NCBI GenBank assembly: GCA_964485905.1
Contig: CAZAJY010000001.1
Location: 1 to 59,097 of the forward strand
Source: an uncultured Candidatus Saccharibacteria bacterium
GTDB taxonomy: Bacteria > Patescibacteriota > Minisyncoccia > Phycocordibacterales > GWA1-40-21
Direction: 5' to 3'
DNA length: 59,097 bases
How positions within the stretch are numbered: position 1 is the stretch's first letter; each line of letters starts with the position of its first letter. Positions 8,910 through 18,700 of the stretch are shown here, piece after piece. Under the pieces are notes generated by a model. That model saw only the letters and a list, made by a program, of their open reading frames with translations. It ran no database searches and was not told where the DNA came from. The translations under genes were made by a program, and so were the position numbers.

Positions 8910-9761
8910 TTATTTTCCACCTTTATTCTTTCCAACTTTCCGTCTGGTCACAATCCATTTATTGGAATATTTCTTTGGTGTTCGAGACTTTTGACCCTTA
9001 CCAACTTGCTTACCCCAACGAGTCTTAGCACGTTTAATACCTCGGCCTTGTCTTTGTTCTCCTCCACCGTATGGGTGATCAACTGGGTTCTGAGCAGTAC
9101 CTCTAACTGTTGGTCTAATACCCAACCAGCGACTTCTTCCGGCCTTACCAATGTTTATAAGTCTATTTTCATTATTTGATACTTCTCCAATACAAGCATA
9201 ACAATTATCCATTACTTTTCTGACTTCGGTTGAAGGTAATTTTAAATGAGTATAACCAGAATCATTAGCTACCACCTGCACAAAGTTACCACCGGCACGG
9301 CCCAATTTACCACCACTTCCTGGCTTAAGTTCAACATTATAAACAAAAGTACCTACACCGATTTTTTTCAAAGGCATTCGATTACCAACTTTAATTTCTG
9401 CATTTTCTGAAACCAAAAAAGAATCTCCAACCTTCATAGAATTAGGAATAATTATATATCTCTTCTCACCATCAGCATATAAAGCCAAACCAATAAAAGC
9501 TGTTCGATTTGGATCATATTCTACCGAAACAATTCGTGCTGGAATATCAATTTTATTATAAGAAAAGTCTACTTCACGAAATAATCGCTTATGTCCACCG
9601 CCTTTATGTCTAGTCGTTAAACGACCATAATTGTTTCGGCCAACATGTCTCTTACGCCCAAAGGTTAAGGCCTTTAATGGTTCGGATGCTGTAATAACCT
9701 TTCGGAATTCAATTCCGGTCATTTGTCGACGACTAGCGCTGGTTGGTTTATAATGCTTCAT
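8910..9761 (-). CDS. rplB: 50S ribosomal protein L2
   Basis: L2 motifs (GRNNYGRLTTRHKGGGHKR, NPVDHPYGGGEQ). Start set at MKHYKP (9761) to avoid overlapping the rplW stop; the ORF extends to 9773. Confidence 0.9.
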   Translation of the reverse strand: MKHYKPTSASRRQMTGIEFRKVITASEPLKALTFGRKRHVGRNNYGRLTTRHKGGGHKRLFREVDFSYNKIDIPARIVSVEYDPNRTAFIGLALYADGEKRYIIIPNSMKVGDSFLVSENAEIKVGNRMPLKKIGVGTFVYNVELKPGSGGKLGRAGGNFVQVVANDSGYTHLKLPSTEVRKVMDNCYACIGEVSNNENRLINIGKAGRSRWLGIRPTVRGTAQNPVDHPYGGGEQRQGRGIKRAKTRWGKQVGKGQKSRTPKKYSNKWIVTRRKVGKNKGGK

Positions 9762-9765
9762 AATT

Positions 9766-10041
9766 TTATACAAATTCTATTTTATCTCCCTTTTTCAAAT
9801 ACACGATAGCTTTCTTAACACCTGACTTCATTCCTTTCTTACCCCGAGTAAATACTTTCTTGGCTGGTAAGTTAATGATATTTACCTTAACTGGTGTAAC
9901 TTTATAGATTTCACTAACCGCCTTAGCAATATTTTTTTTATTAGCTTTAGCTGTCACTTCAAAAGTATAAACACCTAAAAGATCAGCTTGTAAACCGGAC
10001 TTTTCCGTAATTCTTGGTTTTTTAATAATTAATTCATTCAT
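9766..10041 (-). CDS. rplW: 50S ribosomal protein L23
   Basis: L23-like sequence (ITEKS...YTFEV) and operon position. Start taken at MNELII; the ORF extends to 10071. Confidence 0.85.
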   Translation of the reverse strand: MNELIIKKPRITEKSGLQADLLGVYTFEVTAKANKKNIAKAVSEIYKVTPVKVNIINLPAKKVFTRGKKGMKSGVKKAIVYLKKGDKIEFV

Positions 10042-10070
10042 ATTTTTATTTCTTTGCCCGATTAAAATCA

Positions 10071-10889
10071 TTATTTTGATTTAGGGATTTTTGCCTCCAA
10101 AAATTTAAAGGCTTCAGTTGGATTATCAATAATCAAATATTTATAATTCAAAACATCTAAGGGGTTAATATTTCTGAATTCATCTAATTTGACATTACCA
10201 AAATTTCCAAAAGCCCGATCCAAATTAATATCTTTAACACTAGTCGTAATATAAATAGAATTATTTTTCTTAACTAAAATCTGTTCCCCGCCCTTAATCT
10301 GGCTTAAGCCCTTTAAAATTGCCAATCCTTCCTTCGCTTTTGGAGCAGAAGTCTTTAAAGTATCTAGGAAAAAAACTTCTCCATCTCTAAATTTCTTAGA
10401 TAAAATAGTGAAGAGAGCCTTAGCTTTCATTTTTTTATTAATCTTACGATCAAAATTCTTCTCTTTTCTTGGACCATGAGCGACCCCTCCTTTTACCCAG
10501 ATTGGGGAACGAGTGGAACCATGACGAGCACGTCCCAAACCCTTCTGTTGCCAAGGCTTCTTACCACCTCCAGATACTTCTGATCGATCCTTAGTATGAG
10601 CCAAATTAGTCCTTTTATTAGACATTAAAGAAACAACAACTTGATGAACAAGATCAGCTTTCCATGCTAAACCAAAAATATCAGCCGGTAATTTTACCAT
10701 CTCCACCTTCTTACCTTCCTGACTATAAACCTGTGCTTCTAAAGCTTCAGTATTTTTGACTTCTTTATCCCGGGCCTCCTTTTTCTCCTTTCTTACTTTT
10801 GTCTTTACTTCGCCAGTTTTAACTACCTTGGCGACTTTACCGGCAATTTTGGAAGCTTTCAAATTTTTCTTCGTTGTCTCGTTTTTCAT
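10071..10889 (-). CDS. rplD: 50S ribosomal protein L4 with a Lys-rich N-terminal extension
   Basis: L4 core (GGGKKPWQQKGLGRARHGS). Start taken at MKNETT (10889), just after the rplC stop; the ORF extends to 10916. Confidence 0.88.
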   Translation of the reverse strand: MKNETTKKNLKASKIAGKVAKVVKTGEVKTKVRKEKKEARDKEVKNTEALEAQVYSQEGKKVEMVKLPADIFGLAWKADLVHQVVVSLMSNKRTNLAHTKDRSEVSGGGKKPWQQKGLGRARHGSTRSPIWVKGGVAHGPRKEKNFDRKINKKMKAKALFTILSKKFRDGEVFFLDTLKTSAPKAKEGLAILKGLSQIKGGEQILVKKNNSIYITTSVKDINLDRAFGNFGNVKLDEFRNINPLDVLNYKYLIIDNPTEAFKFLEAKIPKSK

Positions 10890-10899
10890 AATATTAAAA

Positions 10900-11523
10900 T
10901 TAACCGACAATTTCAATTAAAGTTCCGCGTCGGCCAGCCATTGCTCCTAAAACCAAGATTTCATTACTTGCTTGATCGATTTGCACAATCTTTAAACCAG
11001 AGATGATCACTCTATCAGAACCTGTTCGGCCTGCCATTCTCATTTTCTTTGGTACGCGACCTCCCTCTCTAGTACCGCCAGAGATAGAACCCGGCTCACG
11101 TTCGGAATGCTTTTGACCGTGGCTTCGTGGACCACCTTTAAAATTATATCTCTTAACAACGCCTTGGAAACCTTTACCTTTAGAAATAGAAGAAACGGTA
11201 ATTTTATCTCCTTCCTTAAAATTAGCCAGATCAATCTTATCGCCAACCTTTAAATTAGCTAAATCTTTTTCATCTTTTAATCTAAATTCTTTAATGAAAC
11301 GAAAATTGCCTAAATCTTTTATCTGGCCTTTTATAGCCTTATTAATATTTTTCTCTTTCTTAGTACCAAAACCCACCTGCACAGCATTATAACCATCAGT
11401 TTTCTCTGTTTTGATCTTAGTAATGATAACTGGGCCCGCTTCTAAAATCGTAACGGGTTGAACATTACCCTGATCATCAAACACCTGAGTCATATTCTTT
11501 TTTACTCCAAGAAGAAATTTCAT
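10900..11523 (-). CDS. rplC: 50S ribosomal protein L3
   Basis: 207 aa, L3-like (GKGFQGVVKRYNFKGGPRSHGQ). Confidence 0.92.
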   Translation of the reverse strand: MKFLLGVKKNMTQVFDDQGNVQPVTILEAGPVIITKIKTEKTDGYNAVQVGFGTKKEKNINKAIKGQIKDLGNFRFIKEFRLKDEKDLANLKVGDKIDLANFKEGDKITVSSISKGKGFQGVVKRYNFKGGPRSHGQKHSEREPGSISGGTREGGRVPKKMRMAGRTGSDRVIISGLKIVQIDQASNEILVLGAMAGRRGTLIEIVG

Positions 11524-11640
11524 CTCATTAAAAAATAAACACTGGCGATATGAGTAAATCTTTTTCTTACTCCTATCCCCATATTCCGCGTATTTTTACA
11601 CGTTCCAAGAGTCTAGCAAATTAACACAAAAAAGGCAAGC

Positions 11641-11672
11641 AAAAACGCCCCGATATTAATCGGAGCGTTTTT
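11641..11672 (-). terminator. intrinsic terminator-like hairpin between rpsJ and rplC
   Basis: The minus strand reads AAAAACGCTCCGAT-taat-ATCGGGGCGTTTTT, 7 nt after the rpsJ stop. A 117-nt spacer follows before rplC. Confidence 0.6.
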
Positions 11673-11678
11673 GTCTTT

Positions 11679-12047
11679 CTAAATCATCTTCACATCAATA
11701 TTTACTCCCGAAGGTAGGGACATATTTGTCAGTGCCTCCACCACCTTAGCGGAAGGGCTGAGAATATCAATCAACCTTTTGTGTACTCTCATCTCAAACT
11801 GTTCTCGCGCATTTTTGTAGACGAAAGAAGCTCGGTTGACCGTATATTTCTTTATCTCTGTAGGTAAAGGAATAGGTCCCAGAACTTTAACGTCAAACCG
11901 CAAGGCAGTATCAATGATTTGTTTCACTGATGCATCAAGAATTTTACTATCATAGGCCCTCACACGAATTCGTAATTTTGGTACGACTTCCTTAGGAGCT
12001 ACTTTAGCAACTTTCTTGGCAGTCTTTTTAACTATTTTTTCTTCCAT
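11679..12047 (-). CDS. rpsJ: 30S ribosomal protein S10 with a short Lys-rich N-terminal extension
   Basis: 122 aa, S10 core (LRIRVRAYDSKILD...), located between tuf and rplC. Confidence 0.9.
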   Translation of the reverse strand: MEEKIVKKTAKKVAKVAPKEVVPKLRIRVRAYDSKILDASVKQIIDTALRFDVKVLGPIPLPTEIKKYTVNRASFVYKNAREQFEMRVHKRLIDILSPSAKVVEALTNMSLPSGVNIDVKMI

Positions 12048-12104
12048 GATTGTATTTATTCTTTCAAACGAGGGACGTACCTCTTTTGAAATGTTATTCT
12101 AACT

Positions 12105-13298
12105 TTAAGCGATTATCTTTGTTACTGCACCAGCACCAACGGTCTTACCTCCTTCACGAATAGCAAATCTTTGCTTTTCCTCAAGAGCAACTGGGGCTAC
12201 CAATTTAACCTTAAAGGTAGCAGTATCTCCTGGCATAACCATTTCAACCTTCTCCGCCAAGGTCACATCGCCGGTCACGTCAGTTGTTCGCATATAGAAT
12301 TGTGGCTTATAACCAGAGAAGAATGGAGTGTGGCGACCACCTTCCTCTTTCTTCAAGATATAAACTTCAGCTTCAAATTCAGTATGGGGGGTAACAGAAC
12401 CAGGCTTACAAATAACTTGACCACGGTGAACATCTTCTTTCTTAGTACCGCGGAGTAAGATACCAGCATTATCTCCTGCCTGGCCTTCATTTAATTGCTT
12501 ATTGAACATTTCAATACCAGTCACGGCTGTCTTAGCTGTTGGCTTGATACCGACGATTTCAATTTCTTCATTTAGTTTAACAATTCCTCTTTCAATTCTA
12601 CCAGTTACCACGGTTCCTCGGCCTTCAATTGAGAAAATATCCTCAATTGGCATAAGAAATGGTTTAGAAACATCTCGCACTGGTTCTGGAATATAATTAT
12701 CAAGAGCATCTACCAAGGTCAAAACGGATTTTGACCATTCGTCATTATTATCCTTAGCTTCCAATGCTTTTAAGGCGGAGCCACGGATCACCGGAGCATC
12801 CTTACCATCAAAACCCTGCTTTGTTAATAATTCACGAACTTCTTCTTCCACCAAATCAATTAATTCCTTATCAGGCACCATATCGCACTTGTTTAAGTAA
12901 ACGATAACCTTTGGCACACCCACCTGCTTAGCCAGCAAAATATGCTCTCGGGTCTGAGGCATAACACCATCAGTCGCGGCAACCACCAAGATCGCACCGT
13001 CCATTTGGGCAGCACCAGTAATCATGTTCTTAATAAAGTCTGCGTGTCCTGGACAATCTATGTGGGCATAGTGTCTCTTGTCCGATTCATACTCATTGTG
13101 AGAAAGAGCAATGGTAATACCACGTGCCTTCTCTTCTGGAGCACAATCAATATCGTCAACCCCTCTTAATTTAACGGTCTTGCCAGCGCGACTTAATACA
13201 TTAAGTATTGCGGCGGTCAAGGTCGTCTTGCCATGGTCAACGTGGCCAATAGTACCAACGTTAACATGTGGCTTTGTTCGATTAAAAACTTCTGCCAT
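12105..13298 (-). CDS. tuf: elongation factor Tu
   Basis: 397 aa with [14 protein letters not shown] and NKCD motifs. Confidence 0.97.
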   Translation of the reverse strand: MAEVFNRTKPHVNVGTIGHVDHGKTTLTAAILNVLSRAGKTVKLRGVDDIDCAPEEKARGITIALSHNEYESDKRHYAHIDCPGHADFIKNMITGAAQMDGAILVVAATDGVMPQTREHILLAKQVGVPKVIVYLNKCDMVPDKELIDLVEEEVRELLTKQGFDGKDAPVIRGSALKALEAKDNNDEWSKSVLTLVDALDNYIPEPVRDVSKPFLMPIEDIFSIEGRGTVVTGRIERGIVKLNEEIEIVGIKPTAKTAVTGIEMFNKQLNEGQAGDNAGILLRGTKKEDVHRGQVICKPGSVTPHTEFEAEVYILKKEEGGRHTPFFSGYKPQFYMRTTDVTGDVTLAEKVEMVMPGDTATFKVKLVAPVALEEKQRFAIREGGKTVGAGAVTKIIA

Positions 13299-13457
13299 AA
13301 TTTTATTTTTAATTGTCTAGATGGAGTGCGCGAGAACGCTGACTCAATCCAGCCAACTAATAATTAAACTACTAATAAATGCTACCTGCTTTTTAGATTT
13401 AGGCAGGTAAACTTTCGACGTTTAACAATATTAACAAATTAGAAAATAAAGTCAACT

Positions 13458-14363
13458 TTATAGTCCAGTAGAAATCCAGAAAAAATTGTCACTGATGTCT
13501 TCAATCTCTACCTTATCATCACTGGTGGTAGTTACTAATTTAATTTTATAAGCACCAGCCGAAAGAGATGACGGCAAATCTAAACTGTAAGTACCATCAG
13601 TCCTTTTTACTTTATGAGAATTATAGGCTGTACTACCATTACTATCTAGCAAATAAAGATAGATCAAATTATTAACAACATTGGTAACATTGGTTAATTT
13701 ATATTTAACCTCATATTCACGATTACGAACTAACTGATCGCCTCCATTGGGATAAGTGACTTTAATACTAGGAATCGGTTTCGGTAAAATTTTAAATGTG
13801 GCGTCACTGTCGTCACTAATTGTTGTTCCTACAGCATCGGTATAATAAATCCTTGCTTTATATGTGCCATCTACCAAAGGGGTAGAGGTGCCAGTGCTTA
13901 AGTTATAACACTGCGCAGTTTTTAATAAGGTTTTAAATTCGTGATTACCATTTTTTGAAGCAACTGGTAATTGACTAAGTTCGCAGGTCCCAATATTTTT
14001 AGCAGTGGAAACTAAAGCTACTCTAACTTGAGTCAAACCCGATGAGCCCCAGGTAATCGATTGGGCTATATCCAAATCAATATCCCAACTCTGTCCTCCA
14101 TTTGGTGTTAAAACCTGAATATAGGAAGTACTAGTGGCAATTACATCGGTCACTGTCGTCGTTTGACTTAGTGTTGTCGCCACCGCACGGGCCGCTACCA
14201 CCTTATCAGGAGCAATTGCCCCGATGGTAATTAAGAGTTCCACCAATTGCGATATCGTCATAGACTGAGCATTAACTCGAGTAACATTTACCACCGCTAC
14301 AAAAACAAAGACTGTAGTGATAACACATGTAACAATAAGAGATCTTAAAAAATATTTTTTCAT
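13458..14363 (-). CDS. hypothetical secreted or membrane-anchored protein with two Ig-like PNGG repeats
   Basis: 301 aa with an N-terminal hydrophobic segment. Two internal repeats (VLTPNGGQSW..., VTYPNGGDQL...). It lies between fusA and tuf with its own flanking hairpin and -10-like box. Confidence 0.6.
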   Translation of the reverse strand: MKKYFLRSLIVTCVITTVFVFVAVVNVTRVNAQSMTISQLVELLITIGAIAPDKVVAARAVATTLSQTTTVTDVIATSTSYIQVLTPNGGQSWDIDLDIAQSITWGSSGLTQVRVALVSTAKNIGTCELSQLPVASKNGNHEFKTLLKTAQCYNLSTGTSTPLVDGTYKARIYYTDAVGTTISDDSDATFKILPKPIPSIKVTYPNGGDQLVRNREYEVKYKLTNVTNVVNNLIYLYLLDSNGSTAYNSHKVKRTDGTYSLDLPSSLSAGAYKIKLVTTTSDDKVEIEDISDNFFWISTGL

Positions 14364-14473
14364 TAGACTAAAAATTTTAATTAGTAAAACCCGACTCCTT
14401 TTATTATAGCATATATTAAAATAACCCCAATCAATAAGATGGGGATTATTTTAATTTAGTATACTTTTAAGAC

Positions 14474-16624
14474 TTACTTCGTAGCACCCCTAGTTTCGGC
14501 GATTTCTTTGGCAATATTTGGTGGCACGATGGCATAATGATCGAATTCCATGTTAACTGAAGCTCGGCCTTCGGTCATGGAGCGCAAAGTTGTAATGTAA
14601 CCAAACATTTCTGACAATGGAACTTTAGAATCAATCACTTTATTCATCCCGCGCTCGCCCATTTCTTCAATCACTCCACGTTTGGAATTCAAATGACCGG
14701 CCACATCACCCATAAATTTCTCTGGCACCACTACTTCCACTTTCATAATCGGTTCCAAAATAACTGGTCGCGCTTTCTTGGCAGCTTCTTGGAAGGCCAT
14801 GGAAGCTGCAATTTTATAAGCGATTTCTGAGGAGTCCACATCGTGATAAGAACCGTAAGTCAATTCACAGGAAATATCGGTCATTTTATAACCAGCAACA
14901 ACACCGCGTTCCATTCCCTCTACAATACCTTTCTCAACAGCTGGAATAAACTCCACTGGAATCACTCCACCTTTAATAGAATCAATAAATTCAAAACCTT
15001 CTACCCGATGAACATTTTTCGGAATCTTTGCTCCCTCTTCCAGTGGTTGTAACGGTTTGATATTAATTTTCACATGACCATATTGACCCTTACCTCCAGA
15101 CTGTTTGATATATTTGTGTTCCGCCTCGGCTGTACCAGTAATGGTTTCTTTATAGGCCACCTGTGGCTTACCAACATTAGCTTCTACACCGAATTCTCTT
15201 TTCATGCGATCTACTAAAATTTCCAAGTGTAATTCACCCATTCCCTTCATAACGGTCTCACCAGTTTCTTGATCAGATTGAATTTTAAAGGTTGGGTCTT
15301 CATCAGATAATTTTTTCAAAGCCATACCCATTTTCTCTTGGTCGGCCTTCGTCTTTGGTTCAATACGCAAAGAAATAACTGGCTCAGGGAAAACAATTTG
15401 GTCCAAAACAATTGGATTTTCTTCATCACAAAAAGTATGAGAAGTCTTAGCCTCTTTCAAACCCACGGCGGCAGCAATTCCACCGGCATAAATAGTCTCC
15501 ACCTCTTCTCGTTTATCGGCTTGCATTCGAACGATACGGCCCAATCTTTCTTTTTTACCAGTCGTGGAATTATAAAGATAAGTACCCGAAGTTATGGAAC
15601 CAGAATAAACTCGGAAATAAGTTAATTGTCCAACAAAAGGATCAGTCTGTAACTTGAAAGCTAGAGCAGAGAATGGCTCTTCATCTGAAGCGTGTCGGAT
15701 AATTTCTTCACCAGTATTAGGATCGATACCCTTAACTGGCGGAACATCCAAAGGTGATGGCAAATAATCAATCACTGCATCCAAAACTAATTGGACTCCT
15801 TTATTTTTTAAGGCTGAACCAGTCATCACTGGGACTAAAGTGTTATCAATGGTTCCTTTACGAACAAGCTTTTTCAAAACATCTAAAGGAATTTCTTTTC
15901 CGTCTAAATAATCGCTCATGACCACCTCATCTTGCTCCACAATTTTTTCTATAGTCTCAGCTCGGTATTTTTTTGCTGTTTCTAAATATTCAGCAGAAAT
16001 TTCTTTTTCCACAATATCTTTGCCCATCTGTCCTTCAAAATAAAAGGCTTTCATCTTAAGTAAATCAATCACTGCTTCAAATTTTTCTTCCTCACCAATT
16101 GGAATTTGCATTCGAATAGCATTCTTGGTTAAGCGATTTAAAATACTTTGATAGGAACGCTCAAAAGAACCGCCGGTACGATCCAGTTTATTAATTAAAC
16201 AAATTCTTGGCACCTTATCTTCATCAGCATAACGCCAGTTAGTTTCCGACTGTGGTTCAACGCCCGCCACGCCATCAAAAACCACTACGGCACCATCTAA
16301 AACTTTTAGTGATCTTTTTACTTCAGCCGTAAAGTCAATGTGCCCGGGGGTATCAATGATGTTAAACATCATTTTTCGGCTTAAATCAGTTCCCATATAA
16401 GATGGGTTCCAATAACAAGTAATGGCAGCGGAACAAATAGTAATTCCTCTTTCTCTTTCCTGTTCCATCCAGTCGGTCACCGTATCACCTTCATGCACTT
16501 CTCCTATTTTGTGTGATTCACCAGTATAAAACAAAATACGCTCTGATGTAGTAGTCTTACCGGCATCAATGTGAGCGATAATTCCGAAGTTACGAATTTT
16601 ATCTAATGGATATGGTCGAGGCAT
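14474..16624 (-). CDS. fusA: elongation factor G
   Basis: 716 aa with AHIDAGKTT, DTPGH and NKLD motifs. Confidence 0.97.
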   Translation of the reverse strand: MPRPYPLDKIRNFGIIAHIDAGKTTTSERILFYTGESHKIGEVHEGDTVTDWMEQERERGITICSAAITCYWNPSYMGTDLSRKMMFNIIDTPGHIDFTAEVKRSLKVLDGAVVVFDGVAGVEPQSETNWRYADEDKVPRICLINKLDRTGGSFERSYQSILNRLTKNAIRMQIPIGEEEKFEAVIDLLKMKAFYFEGQMGKDIVEKEISAEYLETAKKYRAETIEKIVEQDEVVMSDYLDGKEIPLDVLKKLVRKGTIDNTLVPVMTGSALKNKGVQLVLDAVIDYLPSPLDVPPVKGIDPNTGEEIIRHASDEEPFSALAFKLQTDPFVGQLTYFRVYSGSITSGTYLYNSTTGKKERLGRIVRMQADKREEVETIYAGGIAAAVGLKEAKTSHTFCDEENPIVLDQIVFPEPVISLRIEPKTKADQEKMGMALKKLSDEDPTFKIQSDQETGETVMKGMGELHLEILVDRMKREFGVEANVGKPQVAYKETITGTAEAEHKYIKQSGGKGQYGHVKINIKPLQPLEEGAKIPKNVHRVEGFEFIDSIKGGVIPVEFIPAVEKGIVEGMERGVVAGYKMTDISCELTYGSYHDVDSSEIAYKIAASMAFQEAAKKARPVILEPIMKVEVVVPEKFMGDVAGHLNSKRGVIEEMGERGMNKVIDSKVPLSEMFGYITTLRSMTEGRASVNMEFDHYAIVPPNIAKEIAETRGATK

Positions 16625-16650
16625 AAAAAAATAATTAACCTATTAAAAAA

Positions 16651-17121
16651 TTACCAAGCAAAGTGGGCAAAGGCTTTGTTGGCTTCGGCCATGCGGAGAG
16701 TGTTTTCTTTCTTCTTGATTGCTTCGCCTTCATTCTTAGAAGCGGCGATTATTTCATCAGCTAACTTTTTATGCATAGGGGCACCTTTCTTGGAGCGAGC
16801 CGCATCAATAATCCATTTCATAGAGAGGGCGGAACGGCGAGCCGGTCGAACTTCTACTGGCACCTGATAATTAGCTCCTCCCACTCTCTTAGATCGAACC
16901 TCAACATTTGGAGCAGTATTAGATAAAGCCAATTCAAAAATTTCCAAAGGATTAGTAGACTTTGTCTTTTCTTTTATATCATCAAACATATTATAAACGA
17001 TCTTTCGAGCGATCGTCTTTTTACCTTTTTCCATAATATAGTTCACAAATTTACTGACCTTAACGGACTTATAAACTAAATCTGGGACTAAAGCTGGTTT
17101 TGTTTTTAATTTTCCTCGCAT
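16651..17121 (-). CDS. rpsG: 30S ribosomal protein S7
   Basis: 156 aa, S7-like, str operon order. Confidence 0.93.
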   Translation of the reverse strand: MRGKLKTKPALVPDLVYKSVKVSKFVNYIMEKGKKTIARKIVYNMFDDIKEKTKSTNPLEIFELALSNTAPNVEVRSKRVGGANYQVPVEVRPARRSALSMKWIIDAARSKKGAPMHKKLADEIIAASKNEGEAIKKKENTLRMAEANKAFAHFAW

Positions 17122-17157
17122 TTTTTTATACTTTATATTTAATACTTATACTCAATA

Positions 17158-17574
17158 CTACTTCGCTGTTTTTGGTTTTTTAGCTCCGTATTGACTTCTC
17201 CCCTTCATTCTCTTCTCTACTCCACCGGCATCAAGCACACCACGGACAATAGTATAACGAAGTCCGACATCTTTTACACGCCCACCACGCAACATGACAA
17301 CTGAGTGTTCCTGTAAATTATGTCCCATACCTGGAATATAAGCCGTGACTTCCATACCGTTAGTTAAACGAACCCTGGCAATCTTTCGGATAGCAGAGTT
17401 TGGCTTCTTTGGAGTTTTGGTAGTGACCTTAACACAGACGCCTCTTTTAAAAGGGGCATTATAATAGGTCGGTCGATTTTCCAAAGCATTAAAACCTTTG
17501 GTCAAGGCAATAGACTTAACCTTTCTTGGTACATTTTTTCGATTTTTCTTAATTAATTGATTTATTGTCGGCAT
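17158..17574 (-). CDS. rpsL: 30S ribosomal protein S12
   Basis: Starts MPTINQLI and contains PKKPNSA. Confidence 0.95.
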   Translation of the reverse strand: MPTINQLIKKNRKNVPRKVKSIALTKGFNALENRPTYYNAPFKRGVCVKVTTKTPKKPNSAIRKIARVRLTNGMEVTAYIPGMGHNLQEHSVVMLRGGRVKDVGLRYTIVRGVLDAGGVEKRMKGRSQYGAKKPKTAK

Positions 17575-17623
17575 TTCTTTTGTCTCGGCAATATACTACA
17601 AAGCAGAAAAAAAAGCAACTGTA

Positions 17624-17710
17624 GCGAGAGAAAATTAAAATTATTCGTCGCGTCGGAGCCCACCCGTACTCGGGAAGGGTGAAGCGCGAATAATTTTAAT
17701 TTTCTCTCGC
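17624..17710. repeat. 87-nt long-hairpin element with a conserved 39-nt apical core, copy 1
   Basis: A perfect 24-bp stem (gcgagagaaaattaaaattattcg / cgaataattttaattttctctcgc) encloses tcgcgtcggagcccacccgtactcgggaagggtgaagcg. The same core occurs at 58813-58851 with different arms. Confidence 0.75.
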
Positions 17711-17712
17711 GT

Positions 17713-18318
17713 CTAGACGATCAGTTGAAACAGCCAACTGACGATATCGCCAATAATCCAACCAAAAAAGACAATAAAAATGATCACGAGATAAATACCA
17801 TATTTTTCCAAAGTAATTAAATACTTTTCAAAATAACGCGGGGCCAGAGTAAATAAAATTTTTGAACCATCAAGTGGTGGCACTGGAACCAAATTAAATA
17901 CCCCCAAAGTAATATTCAATAAAATAATATAGGCCAATAAGGTGATGGTCGCTTCAGAAAAATTAAGAGTGACAGCAAAACGAATAATAAAAGCAAAAAT
18001 AATTGCAATCAAAAAGTTTGTTAAGATTCCAGCAATAGAAACACAAAACTCGCCCAACCGTCGATTCTTTAAATTATAGGGATTATAAGGTACCGGCTTA
18101 GCCCAACCAAAAATAAAACCAGAGTGTGTAATAAATAAGATAAAGGGCAAGATAATTGAGCCAAATAAATCAATATGTTTAAGAGGATTCAAGGTCAAAC
18201 GACCCTGATTTTTAGCCGTTGGGTCACCAAAAGCATAGGCAGTGGCCCCATGAGCGACTTCATGCGCCATCACCGAAATAATTAAGATGACAATTTGAAA
18301 AATAAAATTTATCTGCAT
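17713..18318 (-). CDS. site-2 protease family (M50) membrane metalloprotease
   Basis: 201 aa, multi-TM, HEVAHG (HExxH) motif and NLVPVPPLDGSK motif. Confidence 0.8.
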   Translation of the reverse strand: MQINFIFQIVILIISVMAHEVAHGATAYAFGDPTAKNQGRLTLNPLKHIDLFGSIILPFILFITHSGFIFGWAKPVPYNPYNLKNRRLGEFCVSIAGILTNFLIAIIFAFIIRFAVTLNFSEATITLLAYIILLNITLGVFNLVPVPPLDGSKILFTLAPRYFEKYLITLEKYGIYLVIIFIVFFGWIIGDIVSWLFQLIV

Positions 18319-18368
18319 ATAAGTTTACAAAATTACTTTACTATGATAGCATAGCACAACTGATATTA

Positions 18369-18396
18369 ATAATCTCTCGACATAACTCGAGACAAG
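18369..18396 (+). promoter_or_regulatory. conserved 5' leader hairpin (TAATC-TCTCGA-loop-TCGAGA-CAAG) immediately upstream of rpmB
   Basis: taatctctcgacataactcgagacaag ends 7 nt before the ATG. A near-identical element precedes hup at 46565-46592. Confidence 0.55.
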
Positions 18397-18403
18397 GAAA
18401 AAT

Positions 18404-18649
18404 ATGGCAAAAGTCTGTGCAATAACAAAAAAAGGATCAATTGTGGGTGGTGGTTATTCTAACCGCACTCGTGCGACTAAATTCAACCCAACTGGTATGG
18501 TCCGCAAATATCCAAACCTTCAGAAAAAGAAGGTTTATGTTCCTGAACTCAAAAAATCTTTTACCTTAACTCTCTCCACCCGCGCCATCAAAACTATTCA
18601 AAAAAACGGCGCCTATGCCACTCTCAAAAAAGCGGGAATTATAAAATAA
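18404..18649 (+). CDS. rpmB: 50S ribosomal protein L28
   Basis: 81 aa starting MAKVCAITKKG..., L28-like. Confidence 0.85.
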   Translation: MAKVCAITKKGSIVGGGYSNRTRATKFNPTGMVRKYPNLQKKKVYVPELKKSFTLTLSTRAIKTIQKNGAYATLKKAGIIK

Positions 18650-18657
18650 GTAGAAAC

Positions 18658-18687
18658 AAAAAAACAACTCCCCCGAGTCGTTTTTTT
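18658..18687. terminator. hairpin with flanking A/T runs between convergent rpmB and the pilin gene
   Basis: aaaaaaacaactc-cccc-gagtcgttttttt, with one mismatch in the stem. Confidence 0.5.
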
Positions 18688-18700
18688 ATTTGTTAATTTT

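Noticed and set aside
1596-16867. Numerous short ORFs antisense to or nested in conserved genes (for example 1596-1859, 1993-2193, 2770-3000, 5745-5927, 6726-7034, 8948-9179, 11040-11246, 12171-13320, 14843-15625, 16676-16867)
   Set aside because: They lie within or opposite well-supported ribosomal, elongation-factor or ATPase genes and have low-complexity translations.
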